DNA from: Tagaea sp.
GTDB taxonomy: Bacteria > Pseudomonadota > Alphaproteobacteria > CACIAM-22H2
Length of the DNA: 64,000 nt
Direction: 5' to 3'
Assembly: GCA_965279525.1 (NCBI GenBank)
Contig: CBDIIB010000002.1
Span: 128,001 to 192,000 of the forward strand
In this document: positions 40,674 to 48,958 of the stretch, piece by piece
Layout: every line of letters begins with the position of its first letter
Numbering within the stretch: the stretch's first letter is position 1
Program-made: the position numbers and the translations under genes
The notes under the pieces: generated by a model
What the model was told of the DNA's origin: nothing
The model's database searches: none
Seen by the model: the letters and a program-made list of their open reading frames with translations, nothing else

Positions 40674-40707
40674 GGCCGGTCGCGCATCGGCGCCCGGGGG
40701 GAGCGCC

Positions 40708-40989
40708 ATGCTGACATGGGTCGATTGTCTTTCGCTGTCGGAACTGACGGCCGACGAAATACGCGCCATCGCCAGGCACGAACACCTGTCGGAAATGGCG
40801 GCACTCGAGATGGGGAGTTGGCTCGTCGAACAGCCGGATGGCTGCCGCGTGCTCAAGCGCATGATCCTCGACGAACTCGAGAAGGCGACGGCACGAAACG
40901 ACCTGGTCGGTACCGCCCGACTCAAGCTCGTCATGCAGCATTTCAGCAACACGCATCCCGAGAATCCCGGCAAGCAGCCGGTCGCCTGA
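40708..40989 (+). CDS. Small hypothetical protein
   Basis: GGGAG RBS; DCLSLSELTADEIRAIARHEH; follows the USP gene. Confidence 0.7.
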   Translation: MLTWVDCLSLSELTADEIRAIARHEHLSEMAALEMGSWLVEQPDGCRVLKRMILDELEKATARNDLVGTARLKLVMQHFSNTHPENPGKQPVA

Positions 40990-41002
40990 AGGACACACAT
41001 CG

Positions 41003-41359
41003 ATGACGCTCAAGCACATCCGCCTCGAACTTGCCCGCACCAAGGACCATCCGGACGGCGATCCGCGCTGCGGCTACGAGTTCGCCGCACCCCTCGATGC
41101 GACCGGCCATTTCGACGCCGACGGCTGGAAGGCGGACAAGGCGCTGTGCAGCGTACGCCGCTTCTGGCACGGGGCGGAGGAGGAGCGGGGCCTGCTCGTG
41201 CATGCGCGCGGGCGCTGGGTTTTCTCCTATTCGGCCGGCGATGCCGACGACGAGCCGATCTTCAAGTTCGACCGCCATGCATTCGTGCCTGGCGAGTATG
41301 TCACGATCACCGAGCATGATGGTGTCGCGCGTCCGTTCAAGGTGGTCTCGGTGCGCTAG
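41003..41359 (+). CDS. Hypothetical protein
   Basis: AAGGA RBS; IRLELAR...HPDG...YEFAAPLD...RRFW...HAFVPGEYVTI; host-like codon usage. Confidence 0.75.
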   Translation: MTLKHIRLELARTKDHPDGDPRCGYEFAAPLDATGHFDADGWKADKALCSVRRFWHGAEEERGLLVHARGRWVFSYSAGDADDEPIFKFDRHAFVPGEYVTITEHDGVARPFKVVSVR

Positions 41360-41394
41360 CGCCCGGCCGGTCGCGCGGCTAGACTTCGCCCGGC

Positions 41395-42132
41395 ATGCAG
41401 AGTTCAAGAACCCTCGTCCTCACCGGCGCCTCGAAGGGCATCGGCCACGCCACGGTCAAGCGCTTCGCCGAGCAGGGATGGCGTCTCATCACCTGTTCGC
41501 GGGAGGACATCCCGAAGGACTGCCGGGTCGATCCGAACTGGGCGCACCACGTGCCGTGCGACCTTTCGCTGCCTGCCGACCGCCAGCGCTTCATCGATGA
41601 TGTCAACGCGTTCATCGGCGACGGCCCGCTGCATGCGCTGGTCAACAACGCCGGCGTCAGCCCCAAGACCCCCTACAAGGAGCGCCTGGGCATCCTTCAT
41701 GGCGAGATCGAAGGGTGGCACCGGGTCTTCGAGCTCAACTTCTTCGCACCTCTCGAACTCGCGCGCGGCTTTGCCGGTGCGCTTGCGCGTGCGAAGGGCG
41801 CCATCGTCAACATCACGTCGATCGCCGGACATCGCGCGCATCCGTTTGCCGGTTCGGCCTATTCGACCTCGAAGGCGGCGCTCTCGGGCCTGACACGGGA
41901 GATGGCGGTCGAGTTCGCTCCGCTGGGCGTGCGCGTCAATGCTGTCGCACCCGGCGAGATCGCGACCGAAATGATCTCGTCGGACTACGAGCCGCTCATC
42001 ACGCGCATTCCGATGCACAGGATGGGGACGACGGCCGAAGTCGCGGCGGTGATCCACCGGCTGTGCGAACCCGATTTCGGCTACGTGACCGGCAGCGAGA
42101 TCTTCGTCACCGGCGGCCAGCAGCTCCTATAG
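41395..42132 (+). CDS. SDR family oxidoreductase
   Basis: TGASKGIG, NNAG, YSTSK, VNAVAPG. Confidence 0.9.
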   Translation: MQSSRTLVLTGASKGIGHATVKRFAEQGWRLITCSREDIPKDCRVDPNWAHHVPCDLSLPADRQRFIDDVNAFIGDGPLHALVNNAGVSPKTPYKERLGILHGEIEGWHRVFELNFFAPLELARGFAGALARAKGAIVNITSIAGHRAHPFAGSAYSTSKAALSGLTREMAVEFAPLGVRVNAVAPGEIATEMISSDYEPLITRIPMHRMGTTAEVAAVIHRLCEPDFGYVTGSEIFVTGGQQLL

Positions 42133-42681
42133 GGCGGCAAGCTTCGCCTTGTACCAGTCGCGCCAGCGCTCGGCCTCGGCGATGTCCTGGGCGAGCCAGT
42201 CGCCCAGCATGCCTTCGTAGCCGCGCGCCGCAAGATCGGCCAGCCGTGCCAGTTCGGTCTCGGACATCTCGACGAGCTGTTCGAGCTGGGCTGCCCGGTC
42301 TTCGGCGTCGAGCAGGTCGAGAAAACGCAGTTTGAGCGCCACGACCATCTTCGACAGGTCGGTCATCGGTGCGCGTACCGGGCTGCGCAGCAGGTCGAGC
42401 AGCGTCTCGCGCCCCTTCGCCGTCAGCGCCAGTTCGGTTTCCGCCGTCAGGCTCTGGCCGGGGCCGGCGCGCTTGCCGCGCGGCTCGATCATTCCCTCAT
42501 AGCGAAGCTGTTCGATCGACAGGCCGAGAACGTCGAGCGACGGCCCCATCAGGCGCGAGACGAAGCCGCGCACGGCGGCCGACAGCACGCCGAGACTCAT
42601 CTCGCCGCGCGCGAGTTCGCCCAGTGCCGTGAGGCGGACCGCCTCGGTCGGGATCAGGGACTGGTCGCGGAAGCGCGGCAT
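42127..42681 (-). CDS. Hypothetical protein, PadR-like winged helix possible
   Basis: LIPTEAVRLTALG...LTAKGRETL...LKLRFL followed by a helical C-terminus. Confidence 0.6.
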   Translation of the reverse strand: MPRFRDQSLIPTEAVRLTALGELARGEMSLGVLSAAVRGFVSRLMGPSLDVLGLSIEQLRYEGMIEPRGKRAGPGQSLTAETELALTAKGRETLLDLLRSPVRAPMTDLSKMVVALKLRFLDLLDAEDRAAQLEQLVEMSETELARLADLAARGYEGMLGDWLAQDIAEAERWRDWYKAKLAAL

Positions 42682-42691
42682 CGCATGGACC

Positions 42692-43495
42692 TCAGGCGTA
42701 GTCTTTCAGCCGGTCGAGCGGGAAGCGCGAGACTTCGGCAAGCAGGTCGGCCAGGCGCTGCGCGGCGAACTCGACGACCTTGCGGCCGCGCTCGGCGTCG
42801 GAATCGCCCGCATTGCCGACGGCACCTGACGGATGCAGGTCCTGCGTCTGCCAGGCAAGCGCGCTCTTGCCGGTGTAGGCGAGCAGCTTGAACTCCTTGG
42901 CAAAGTCGATCTGGCCGGGCTTGAAATCCGCGATCTTGTCGCGGCGGACCTGTGCGGGAGCCAGATGCATCATCATCGACGTCTCGACGCCGCCGGCATG
43001 GATGCCGAATTTCTCTTCCTGTGCCGGCCACAGCCCTTCCGGCATGCCGTAGGCCCACCAGGATGCCGCGACCGCGGCCATCTTCAGGCGCACGCGCAGG
43101 TCGCGCGTGACGATGTCCATGATCTGCGGCTGCCCGCCATGGCTGTTGAAAAGCACGATCTTGCGAATACCTGCCCGGTGCACGCATTCGCCGATCTCGG
43201 TCCAGACGCGGATCAGCGTCTCGGCCGAGAAGGAGAGGGTACCCGGAAAGGCGAGATGCTCGTTCGACTTGCCGATGTCGGTCTGCGGCAGGATCAGGAC
43301 CGGCAAACCGTCGTCGAGCAGTTCGCTGGCGCGTGCCACGATGCCACGGGCGAGCGTCGCGTCGACCGCGACGGGCAGATGGGGCCCGTGCTGCTCGACC
43401 GCCGCCACCGGCAGCAGGGCGACCGTGCGCTCGGCATCGAGCCCGCGGAAGTCCTCGGTGGTCATGTCGAGCCACCAGCGCCATGCCTTGCCCAT
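42692..43495 (-). CDS. Creatininase family amidohydrolase
   Basis: EQHGPHLP...D, SNEH, FPGT, NSHGG, HAGGVETS. Confidence 0.92.
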   Translation of the reverse strand: MGKAWRWWLDMTTEDFRGLDAERTVALLPVAAVEQHGPHLPVAVDATLARGIVARASELLDDGLPVLILPQTDIGKSNEHLAFPGTLSFSAETLIRVWTEIGECVHRAGIRKIVLFNSHGGQPQIMDIVTRDLRVRLKMAAVAASWWAYGMPEGLWPAQEEKFGIHAGGVETSMMMHLAPAQVRRDKIADFKPGQIDFAKEFKLLAYTGKSALAWQTQDLHPSGAVGNAGDSDAERGRKVVEFAAQRLADLLAEVSRFPLDRLKDYA

Positions 43496-43573
43496 CGTCT
43501 CGTCGCTCCCTGCAGCCCGGTCAGGTTATATAGTCGAGCCGACCGCCCATTGCTAGGAGCCGACGAACCGCCC

Positions 43574-43969
43574 ATGAAACGCCATCTGCCGCCCGAACTC
43601 GCCGCCCCCCTCGCGCGCTATGTCCACGCCGTCGAGATCGCGACCCCCGGCCGGATGCTGTTTGCCTCCGGGCAACTCGCGATCGCGAAGGACGGCAGCG
43701 TGCCGGCGGGCATCGACGCGCAGTGCGATCTCATCTTCGCGAATCTCGACGCGATCCTGGCCGCCGGCGGGATGGGGCGCGGCGACGTCGTGCGCGTCAA
43801 CGCCTTCGTGATCGACCGGGAGGACCTGAAGCCCTACATGGCGGCGCGCGACCGCTGGTTTGCCGGCTCCGAGCCGCCCGCCTCGACGCTGATGCTGGTC
43901 TCGGGCTTCACGCGGCCCGAGTTCAAGGTCGAGATCGAGATCGTCGCCGCGCGCGAGACGGGTGCCTGA
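43574..43969 (+). CDS. RidA/YjgF family protein
   Basis: ASGQ, PPASTL, KVEIE. Confidence 0.88.
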   Translation: MKRHLPPELAAPLARYVHAVEIATPGRMLFASGQLAIAKDGSVPAGIDAQCDLIFANLDAILAAGGMGRGDVVRVNAFVIDREDLKPYMAARDRWFAGSEPPASTLMLVSGFTRPEFKVEIEIVAARETGA

Positions 43970-43970
43970 T

Positions 43971-45200
43971 CTAGAGACCCTGCACGTTCGCCTGGCTCGA
44001 CAGCGAGGCGTCCATGCGCTTGAGCATCTCCTCGATCTGCTCGAACAGCAGCCGGTTCTTGATCGCCGACTGCATATAGCGTTCGTGGATGTTGACCGTG
44101 TGCAGCACGGCCATCGAGCAATATCCGAGCACCCAGTAGCGGCGGTAGACGCCGGCCAGGAAGTTCCGGAACGGCTTGGGATCGCCGCCGTTGAGGAACT
44201 TGCCGTGGCAGTCGGTGTACTCGCCGAAAATGCCGTTCACGTTGGCGATCAGGTTGCGCAGCTTGCGCACGACCGCCTGGCGGAACATGTCCTGCTGTTC
44301 CTTGAAGTGCTTGAACTCGCGCATGTCGAGGGGGGTCGCGTCCGGCCCGTTCAGCCAGCGCAGCACCGTGGCGACCGACTGCAGGTTCTTGTTGAAGGTG
44401 TGCTCGTAGAACGTGACGCCCTTCCAGCCTTCGAAGATCTGCTGGGCCTGGTCGCCGGAGATGCCGAAGGCCGAAACGAAAAGCTTGGCTTCGGGCATCG
44501 TCGGGTCCCACAGCGCCTGCAGGAAGCGCTGCGAGCGTTCGTTGACGTCGGCGGCACTCTTGAGACCGAGCGCGCGCGCCACGATCGGGTTGACCTTCTC
44601 GGCGATCAGCGACTTGATGCCGTTTTCCTCTTCCTCCGAGATCGCGAAATAGGCCGGATGGATCTCGTTGATGTATTTCTGCAGCGCGCTCTTGAGCAGG
44701 AACGGATCGAGCGACGGGATCGAATCGATCGTGCGCAGGATCTCGACATCGCGCTCGAACGAGACGTTCGCCTGGCCTTCCTCGAAATCGACGCCGACAT
44801 GGTGCTTGAGCAGCTTCACGAATTCGCGCTGGCGCAGATAGATCCCATAGCCGCCCGCCGGAATCTCGTTGGCGTCGTGCGGCACGTAGATCGCGGTCTC
44901 GATGGGGCGGTCGGCCTTGGGCGCTTCGGGTTGCGGGGCGGGGGCGGCCGCGGGCTTTGCCGGTGCGGCACCGGGCTTGGCGGCTGCCGGGGCCGGGGGC
45001 GGCGGGGCATCCGCGATCTGCTGCTCGAAATTCGGGTACTTGAAGATGATCGTCTTGTTCAGGCTGGGCTGCCGGAACATCTGCCGATCCTTGGCGATCG
45101 CGGACACCTTGATCAGGTTGAGCGCCACCGACGAACCGCCGTGGACGATCTGATCCAGGATCGGCGAGAGGGATTTCTTCTTCTTCTGCTGTTCGCTCAA
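43971..45200 (-). CDS. Hypothetical cytoplasmic protein (409 aa) with a Pro/Ala-rich insert
   Basis: Protein-like composition and strong GC3 bias on the minus strand; IPSLDPFLLK segment; TTG start. Confidence 0.8.
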   Translation of the reverse strand: MSEQQKKKKSLSPILDQIVHGGSSVALNLIKVSAIAKDRQMFRQPSLNKTIIFKYPNFEQQIADAPPPPAPAAAKPGAAPAKPAAAPAPQPEAPKADRPIETAIYVPHDANEIPAGGYGIYLRQREFVKLLKHHVGVDFEEGQANVSFERDVEILRTIDSIPSLDPFLLKSALQKYINEIHPAYFAISEEEENGIKSLIAEKVNPIVARALGLKSAADVNERSQRFLQALWDPTMPEAKLFVSAFGISGDQAQQIFEGWKGVTFYEHTFNKNLQSVATVLRWLNGPDATPLDMREFKHFKEQQDMFRQAVVRKLRNLIANVNGIFGEYTDCHGKFLNGGDPKPFRNFLAGVYRRYWVLGYCSMAVLHTVNIHERYMQSAIKNRLLFEQIEEMLKRMDASLSSQANVQGL

Positions 45201-45284
45201 GGGACTTGATCCGCCACAAAATTTGTCCGCCCCAACCTATTGGACAGGGTCAAATTGTGCAACCGCGAGATTCGTGGCGGAAAT

Positions 45285-45413
45285 CTAGCGCGGGATGCTG
45301 GCTACTGCCGCCGGGTGCGTTTCGCCCGTCGCATATTGCGCGACTCCGATCCCGATCGCCATCAGGACCAGCGCGATGGTCCAGACCAGCAGCAATTCCT
45401 TCACTTCGTCCAT
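45285..45413 (-). CDS. Putative 42-aa single-TM small protein
   Basis: MDEVKELLLVWTIALVLMAIGIGVAQYATGETHPAAVASIPR*; below the ORF-track cutoff; no clear RBS. Confidence 0.45.
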   Translation of the reverse strand: MDEVKELLLVWTIALVLMAIGIGVAQYATGETHPAAVASIPR

Positions 45414-45457
45414 GCGGCGTTATCGGCCGGCCGGCCCCGACGACGCAGTGACGCCTG

Positions 45458-46225
45458 TCACACCAGGCCACCGTCGACGATGAAATTCTGACCCGTGCAG
45501 CCGTCGGAATCATCCGACGCGAGCCACAGGGCCATCCGCGCGCAATGCTCGGGCCCGAGTCGGAACTTGAGCGACTGCAACTCGAGAAAACGGGCGTCCT
45601 CCTCGGGATTGCGCCATAGCGCTGTCTGGCGCTCGGTGACGATGGCGCCCGGCACGAGGCAGTTGACCCGGATGCCGCGCCCGCCGAGTTCGCGGGCCAG
45701 CGAGCGGGTCATGCCGTTGACCGCAGATTTCGACGTCGCATAGCCGATGAAGATGTCGCGCGAGCGCATCCACGAAACCGAGCCCATGTTGACGACGGAC
45801 CCGCCGCCGGCCGCCGCCATGATCGGTGCCGCGGCCTGGATCGCGAAAAACTGGTGGCGCAGATTCACCGCAAGGCACTTGTCCCAGTATTCGGGCGTGA
45901 CGTCCTCGAGCTTGTGCCGGTCGTCGCGCGCGGCGTTGTTGACGAGCACGCGCAGCGGGCCGACCGCCGCCGCAGCACCCTCGATCGCCGCCTTGTAGGC
46001 GTCGGTGTCGGTCACGTCGCAGCGCCGGTAGTACGGGGCCGGATGGCCCGCCGCGGCGATCTTCGCGACAAGCGCCTGCGAGGGCGCATCGGCCACGTCG
46101 ACGAACGCCACGCGTGCGCCTTGTGCCGCGAAATGCTCGACGAAACACGCGCCGATGCCCGATCCGCCGCCCGAGACGAACACCGCGCGATCCTTCAGGC
46201 TCGGATAGATGGCGTCGTGCCGCAT
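45458..46225 (-). CDS. SDR, D-xylose dehydrogenase (Caulobacter XylB)-like
   Basis: AIYPSLKDRAVFVSGGGSGIG, NNAARDDRH, VNLRHQFF, YATSK, IVTERQ. Confidence 0.8.
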   Translation of the reverse strand: MRHDAIYPSLKDRAVFVSGGGSGIGACFVEHFAAQGARVAFVDVADAPSQALVAKIAAAGHPAPYYRRCDVTDTDAYKAAIEGAAAAVGPLRVLVNNAARDDRHKLEDVTPEYWDKCLAVNLRHQFFAIQAAAPIMAAAGGGSVVNMGSVSWMRSRDIFIGYATSKSAVNGMTRSLARELGGRGIRVNCLVPGAIVTERQTALWRNPEEDARFLELQSLKFRLGPEHCARMALWLASDDSDGCTGQNFIVDGGLV

Positions 46226-46291
46226 GCGTTTTCTCCCCGAATCCGGCTATTGTCCCGAGGCAAGCCCTCGAATCGCCGACAGGTCCGGATC

Positions 46292-47242
46292 GTGCCGCAA
46301 ACCAGTTCACCCGTCACGCCCCGCCTCCTGACGCTCCGCTCGGGCCCCTTCGCGCTCGATCTGGCGCCGGAAATCGGTGGATCGATCGTCGGGTTCCGGA
46401 CCGACTGGGCGGGTGGCGTGGATCTGATGCGCCGCACACCCGATGCCGGGCTGGCCGCACGCGACGTGCGGCTTGCCGGCTGCTACGTGCTCGCTCCCTA
46501 TTCCAACCGCATACGAGAGTGCACCTTGCAGTTCGGCGGACGGCGCTACCGTCTTGCCCCAAATTTCGGAAGCCATCCCCATTCGATCCACGGCAATGGC
46601 TGGCAGCGTGCGTGGACGGTCGAGACCGCCGACGCGACGAGCGCCACGCTTGTCCTCGAACACACGGCGCACGACCTGCTCTCGTCGGAGTGGCCGTTCG
46701 CCTATCGGGCGCGCCAGCGCTTCACGCTGGGGGCCGACGGGCTGGAAATCGGCCTCGAGCTGTCGAATGCCGGCAGTTCGCCGATGCCGGCAGGCTTCGG
46801 CCTGCATCCCTATTTCCCGCGCGCCGCGGGAACACGCCTGACGACGGCGACCAACGCGGTCTGGCGCAACGACGAAGCGATGATGCCCGTCGCCCTCGAC
46901 CCCGTCCCGCCGGCATGGAACTTCGCGGAAGGGCGCCTCGTCGCACCGCTCGCGGTCGACAACTGCTTTGCCGGCTGGAGCGGCAATGCACGCGTCGACT
47001 GGCCGGAATGGGGCATCCGGCTCGACATGACGGCCGATCCCGTCTTCGGTCATCTCGTCGTCTTCGTGCCGACCGGAAAGAACTTCTTCTGCGTCGAGCC
47101 TGTCAGCAACTGCAACGACGGCATGAACCTGATGGCCAAGGGCCGCACCGATACCGGCGTCGCGGTCCTCGAGCCGGGCGCGACACTCTCCGGCAGCGTG
47201 ATGTTCGCCTATTCGAGAATGGAAACCGGCGGGGCGGAATGA
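46292..47242 (+). CDS. Aldose 1-epimerase (mutarotase) family protein
   Basis: APYSNRI, HSIHG, WPF, GLHPYF, DNCF, FFCVEP. Confidence 0.88.
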   Translation: MPQTSSPVTPRLLTLRSGPFALDLAPEIGGSIVGFRTDWAGGVDLMRRTPDAGLAARDVRLAGCYVLAPYSNRIRECTLQFGGRRYRLAPNFGSHPHSIHGNGWQRAWTVETADATSATLVLEHTAHDLLSSEWPFAYRARQRFTLGADGLEIGLELSNAGSSPMPAGFGLHPYFPRAAGTRLTTATNAVWRNDEAMMPVALDPVPPAWNFAEGRLVAPLAVDNCFAGWSGNARVDWPEWGIRLDMTADPVFGHLVVFVPTGKNFFCVEPVSNCNDGMNLMAKGRTDTGVAVLEPGATLSGSVMFAYSRMETGGAE

Positions 47243-48009
47243 AGGGCTATTCCGGTCCGGTCTACGACGCGCATCTCCACATCGTCGATCCGCGTTTCCC
47301 GCTCGTCTCCAACGAAGGCTACGTTCCGCACGCCTATCTCGCGGCCGACTATCTCGCGGCGGCGAAGCCGCTGGGCATCGTCGGCGGGGCGGTCGTGTCG
47401 GGATCGTTTCAGGCGTTCGACCAGGACTATCTGCTCGCCGCACTTGCCGAACTGGGGCCGGCCTATGTCGGCGTCACGCAGATCCCGGCCAGCACGCTCG
47501 ATCACGAGATCGTGGCGCTCGACGCCGCCGGCGTGCGCGCGGTGCGCTTCAATGTCTATCGCGGCGGCTCGGAATCCTTCGCGTCGATCGCGAGCTTCGG
47601 GCGGCGCATCCACCGGCTCTGCGGCTGGCATGTCGAGCTCTATGCCGACATGGCGAAGCTGCGGCCGGCCGAGGTCGATACGCTTTCCAAGCTGCCGCAA
47701 CTCGTCGTCGACCATCTCGGCATGAGCGAAGGCGGCCTTGCCCGCCTCGTCGATCTCGCCGCGGCGGGTGCCAAAGTGAAGGCGACCGGGTTCGGACGCG
47801 TGCTCGTCGATCCGGAAGACGCGATGGAGAAGATCGCGGCCGCCAATCCGGACTCGCTGATGTTCGGGTCCGACCTGCCGTCGACGCGCGCGCGCCGGCC
47901 TTTCGAACCGGCGGACATGGAGCTGATCGCCGGCGTGCTTGGCGCGGAACTCGCACGCAAGGCCTTCCACGACAATGCCGTGAAACTCTATCGGCCTGCG
48001 GCGGCCTGA
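47239..48009 (+). CDS. Amidohydrolase family protein, probable lactonase
   Basis: DAHLH, VSGSFQAFDQ, VRAVRFN, DHLG, KATGFGR, FGSDLP. Confidence 0.82.
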   Translation: MKGYSGPVYDAHLHIVDPRFPLVSNEGYVPHAYLAADYLAAAKPLGIVGGAVVSGSFQAFDQDYLLAALAELGPAYVGVTQIPASTLDHEIVALDAAGVRAVRFNVYRGGSESFASIASFGRRIHRLCGWHVELYADMAKLRPAEVDTLSKLPQLVVDHLGMSEGGLARLVDLAAAGAKVKATGFGRVLVDPEDAMEKIAAANPDSLMFGSDLPSTRARRPFEPADMELIAGVLGAELARKAFHDNAVKLYRPAAA

Positions 48010-48899
48010 GGGGCGGCGGCGGGCCATGCCGCCGCCGTGGTGCCGAGGATCGTCAGCGCGATGCCGAAAGCGACGGCCAATGTCGGCGTCTCGCCGAGCA
48101 GGACCGCTCCGCCCAGCGCCGACAGGACCGGCACAAGTGCCCCGGACAGGGCCGCACGTGCGGCACCCAGATGTCGGATTGCCAGCGTGAAGGTCCACGT
48201 GCCGCCGAGACCCGCCAGAAGGCCCTGCGCCACGAACTGGGTCAGGCCTGCCGAGAATTCCACGTCGGGAAGTGTGGCACCGGCAAGCCACAGGCGTAGC
48301 GGGATCGCCACGACCAGCGAAGAAAGCGAGATGAGGGCGATCGAATGCCACGGATCTAGTCCGCTGCGCCGGTAGGCGACCGTGTAGACGGACCAGATGG
48401 CACCCGCCGCGACGAACAGCAAGTCGCCGCGCCAGGTCGCCGCACCCATGTCGGCCAGCGAATCGCCGGCGATCGCCAGCACGCCCGCGACGATGGCGGC
48501 AAAGCCGGCGAGACGGCGCGGGCTCTGGCGTTCGCCCAGGAAGATCGCGGCCATCAGGGCCGTGAAGATCGGCATCGTGCCCGGCAGCAGGGCCCCCATG
48601 TGCGCGACAGGTGCAAAGCCGGCGCCGAACATCGCGACCAGCCCGAACGGCAGGCCGGCGCCGAGCACGATGGGGGCCGCGAGCCAGCGCGGGCTCGCCG
48701 TCGGCCACAGGCCGCGCCGCAGCAGGAGCGGGAGCAGGACAAGCGCCGGCACGCCGTAGCGGAGAAGTGCGAGGTCGAGCGGGGGCAGCACGGCGGTAAC
48801 GCCGAATCGGGTGGCGACCTGCCAGCTTGCACCGACCAGGGCGGCGGCGAGACCGGCGGCAAGGCCGATCGCGAGGGACTGTCCGGCAGGTGACGTCAT
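47988..48899 (-). CDS. DMT/EamA family transporter
   Basis: About 10 TM, two EamA repeats (LALLRYG, FLGER, LLGETP). Confidence 0.85.
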   Translation of the reverse strand: MTSPAGQSLAIGLAAGLAAALVGASWQVATRFGVTAVLPPLDLALLRYGVPALVLLPLLLRRGLWPTASPRWLAAPIVLGAGLPFGLVAMFGAGFAPVAHMGALLPGTMPIFTALMAAIFLGERQSPRRLAGFAAIVAGVLAIAGDSLADMGAATWRGDLLFVAAGAIWSVYTVAYRRSGLDPWHSIALISLSSLVVAIPLRLWLAGATLPDVEFSAGLTQFVAQGLLAGLGGTWTFTLAIRHLGAARAALSGALVPVLSALGGAVLLGETPTLAVAFGIALTILGTTAAAWPAAAPQAAAGR

Positions 48900-48958
48900 G
48901 GCGCGGAATAGACATCGCAAGGACGTCATACAGCAAGTGAAACGTGCGGCCGCGCCGC

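Noticed and set aside
43962-45209. 415-aa plus-strand ORF mirroring the 409-aa hypothetical gene
   Set aside because: Codon-register antisense shadow; the minus-strand product has the more natural composition
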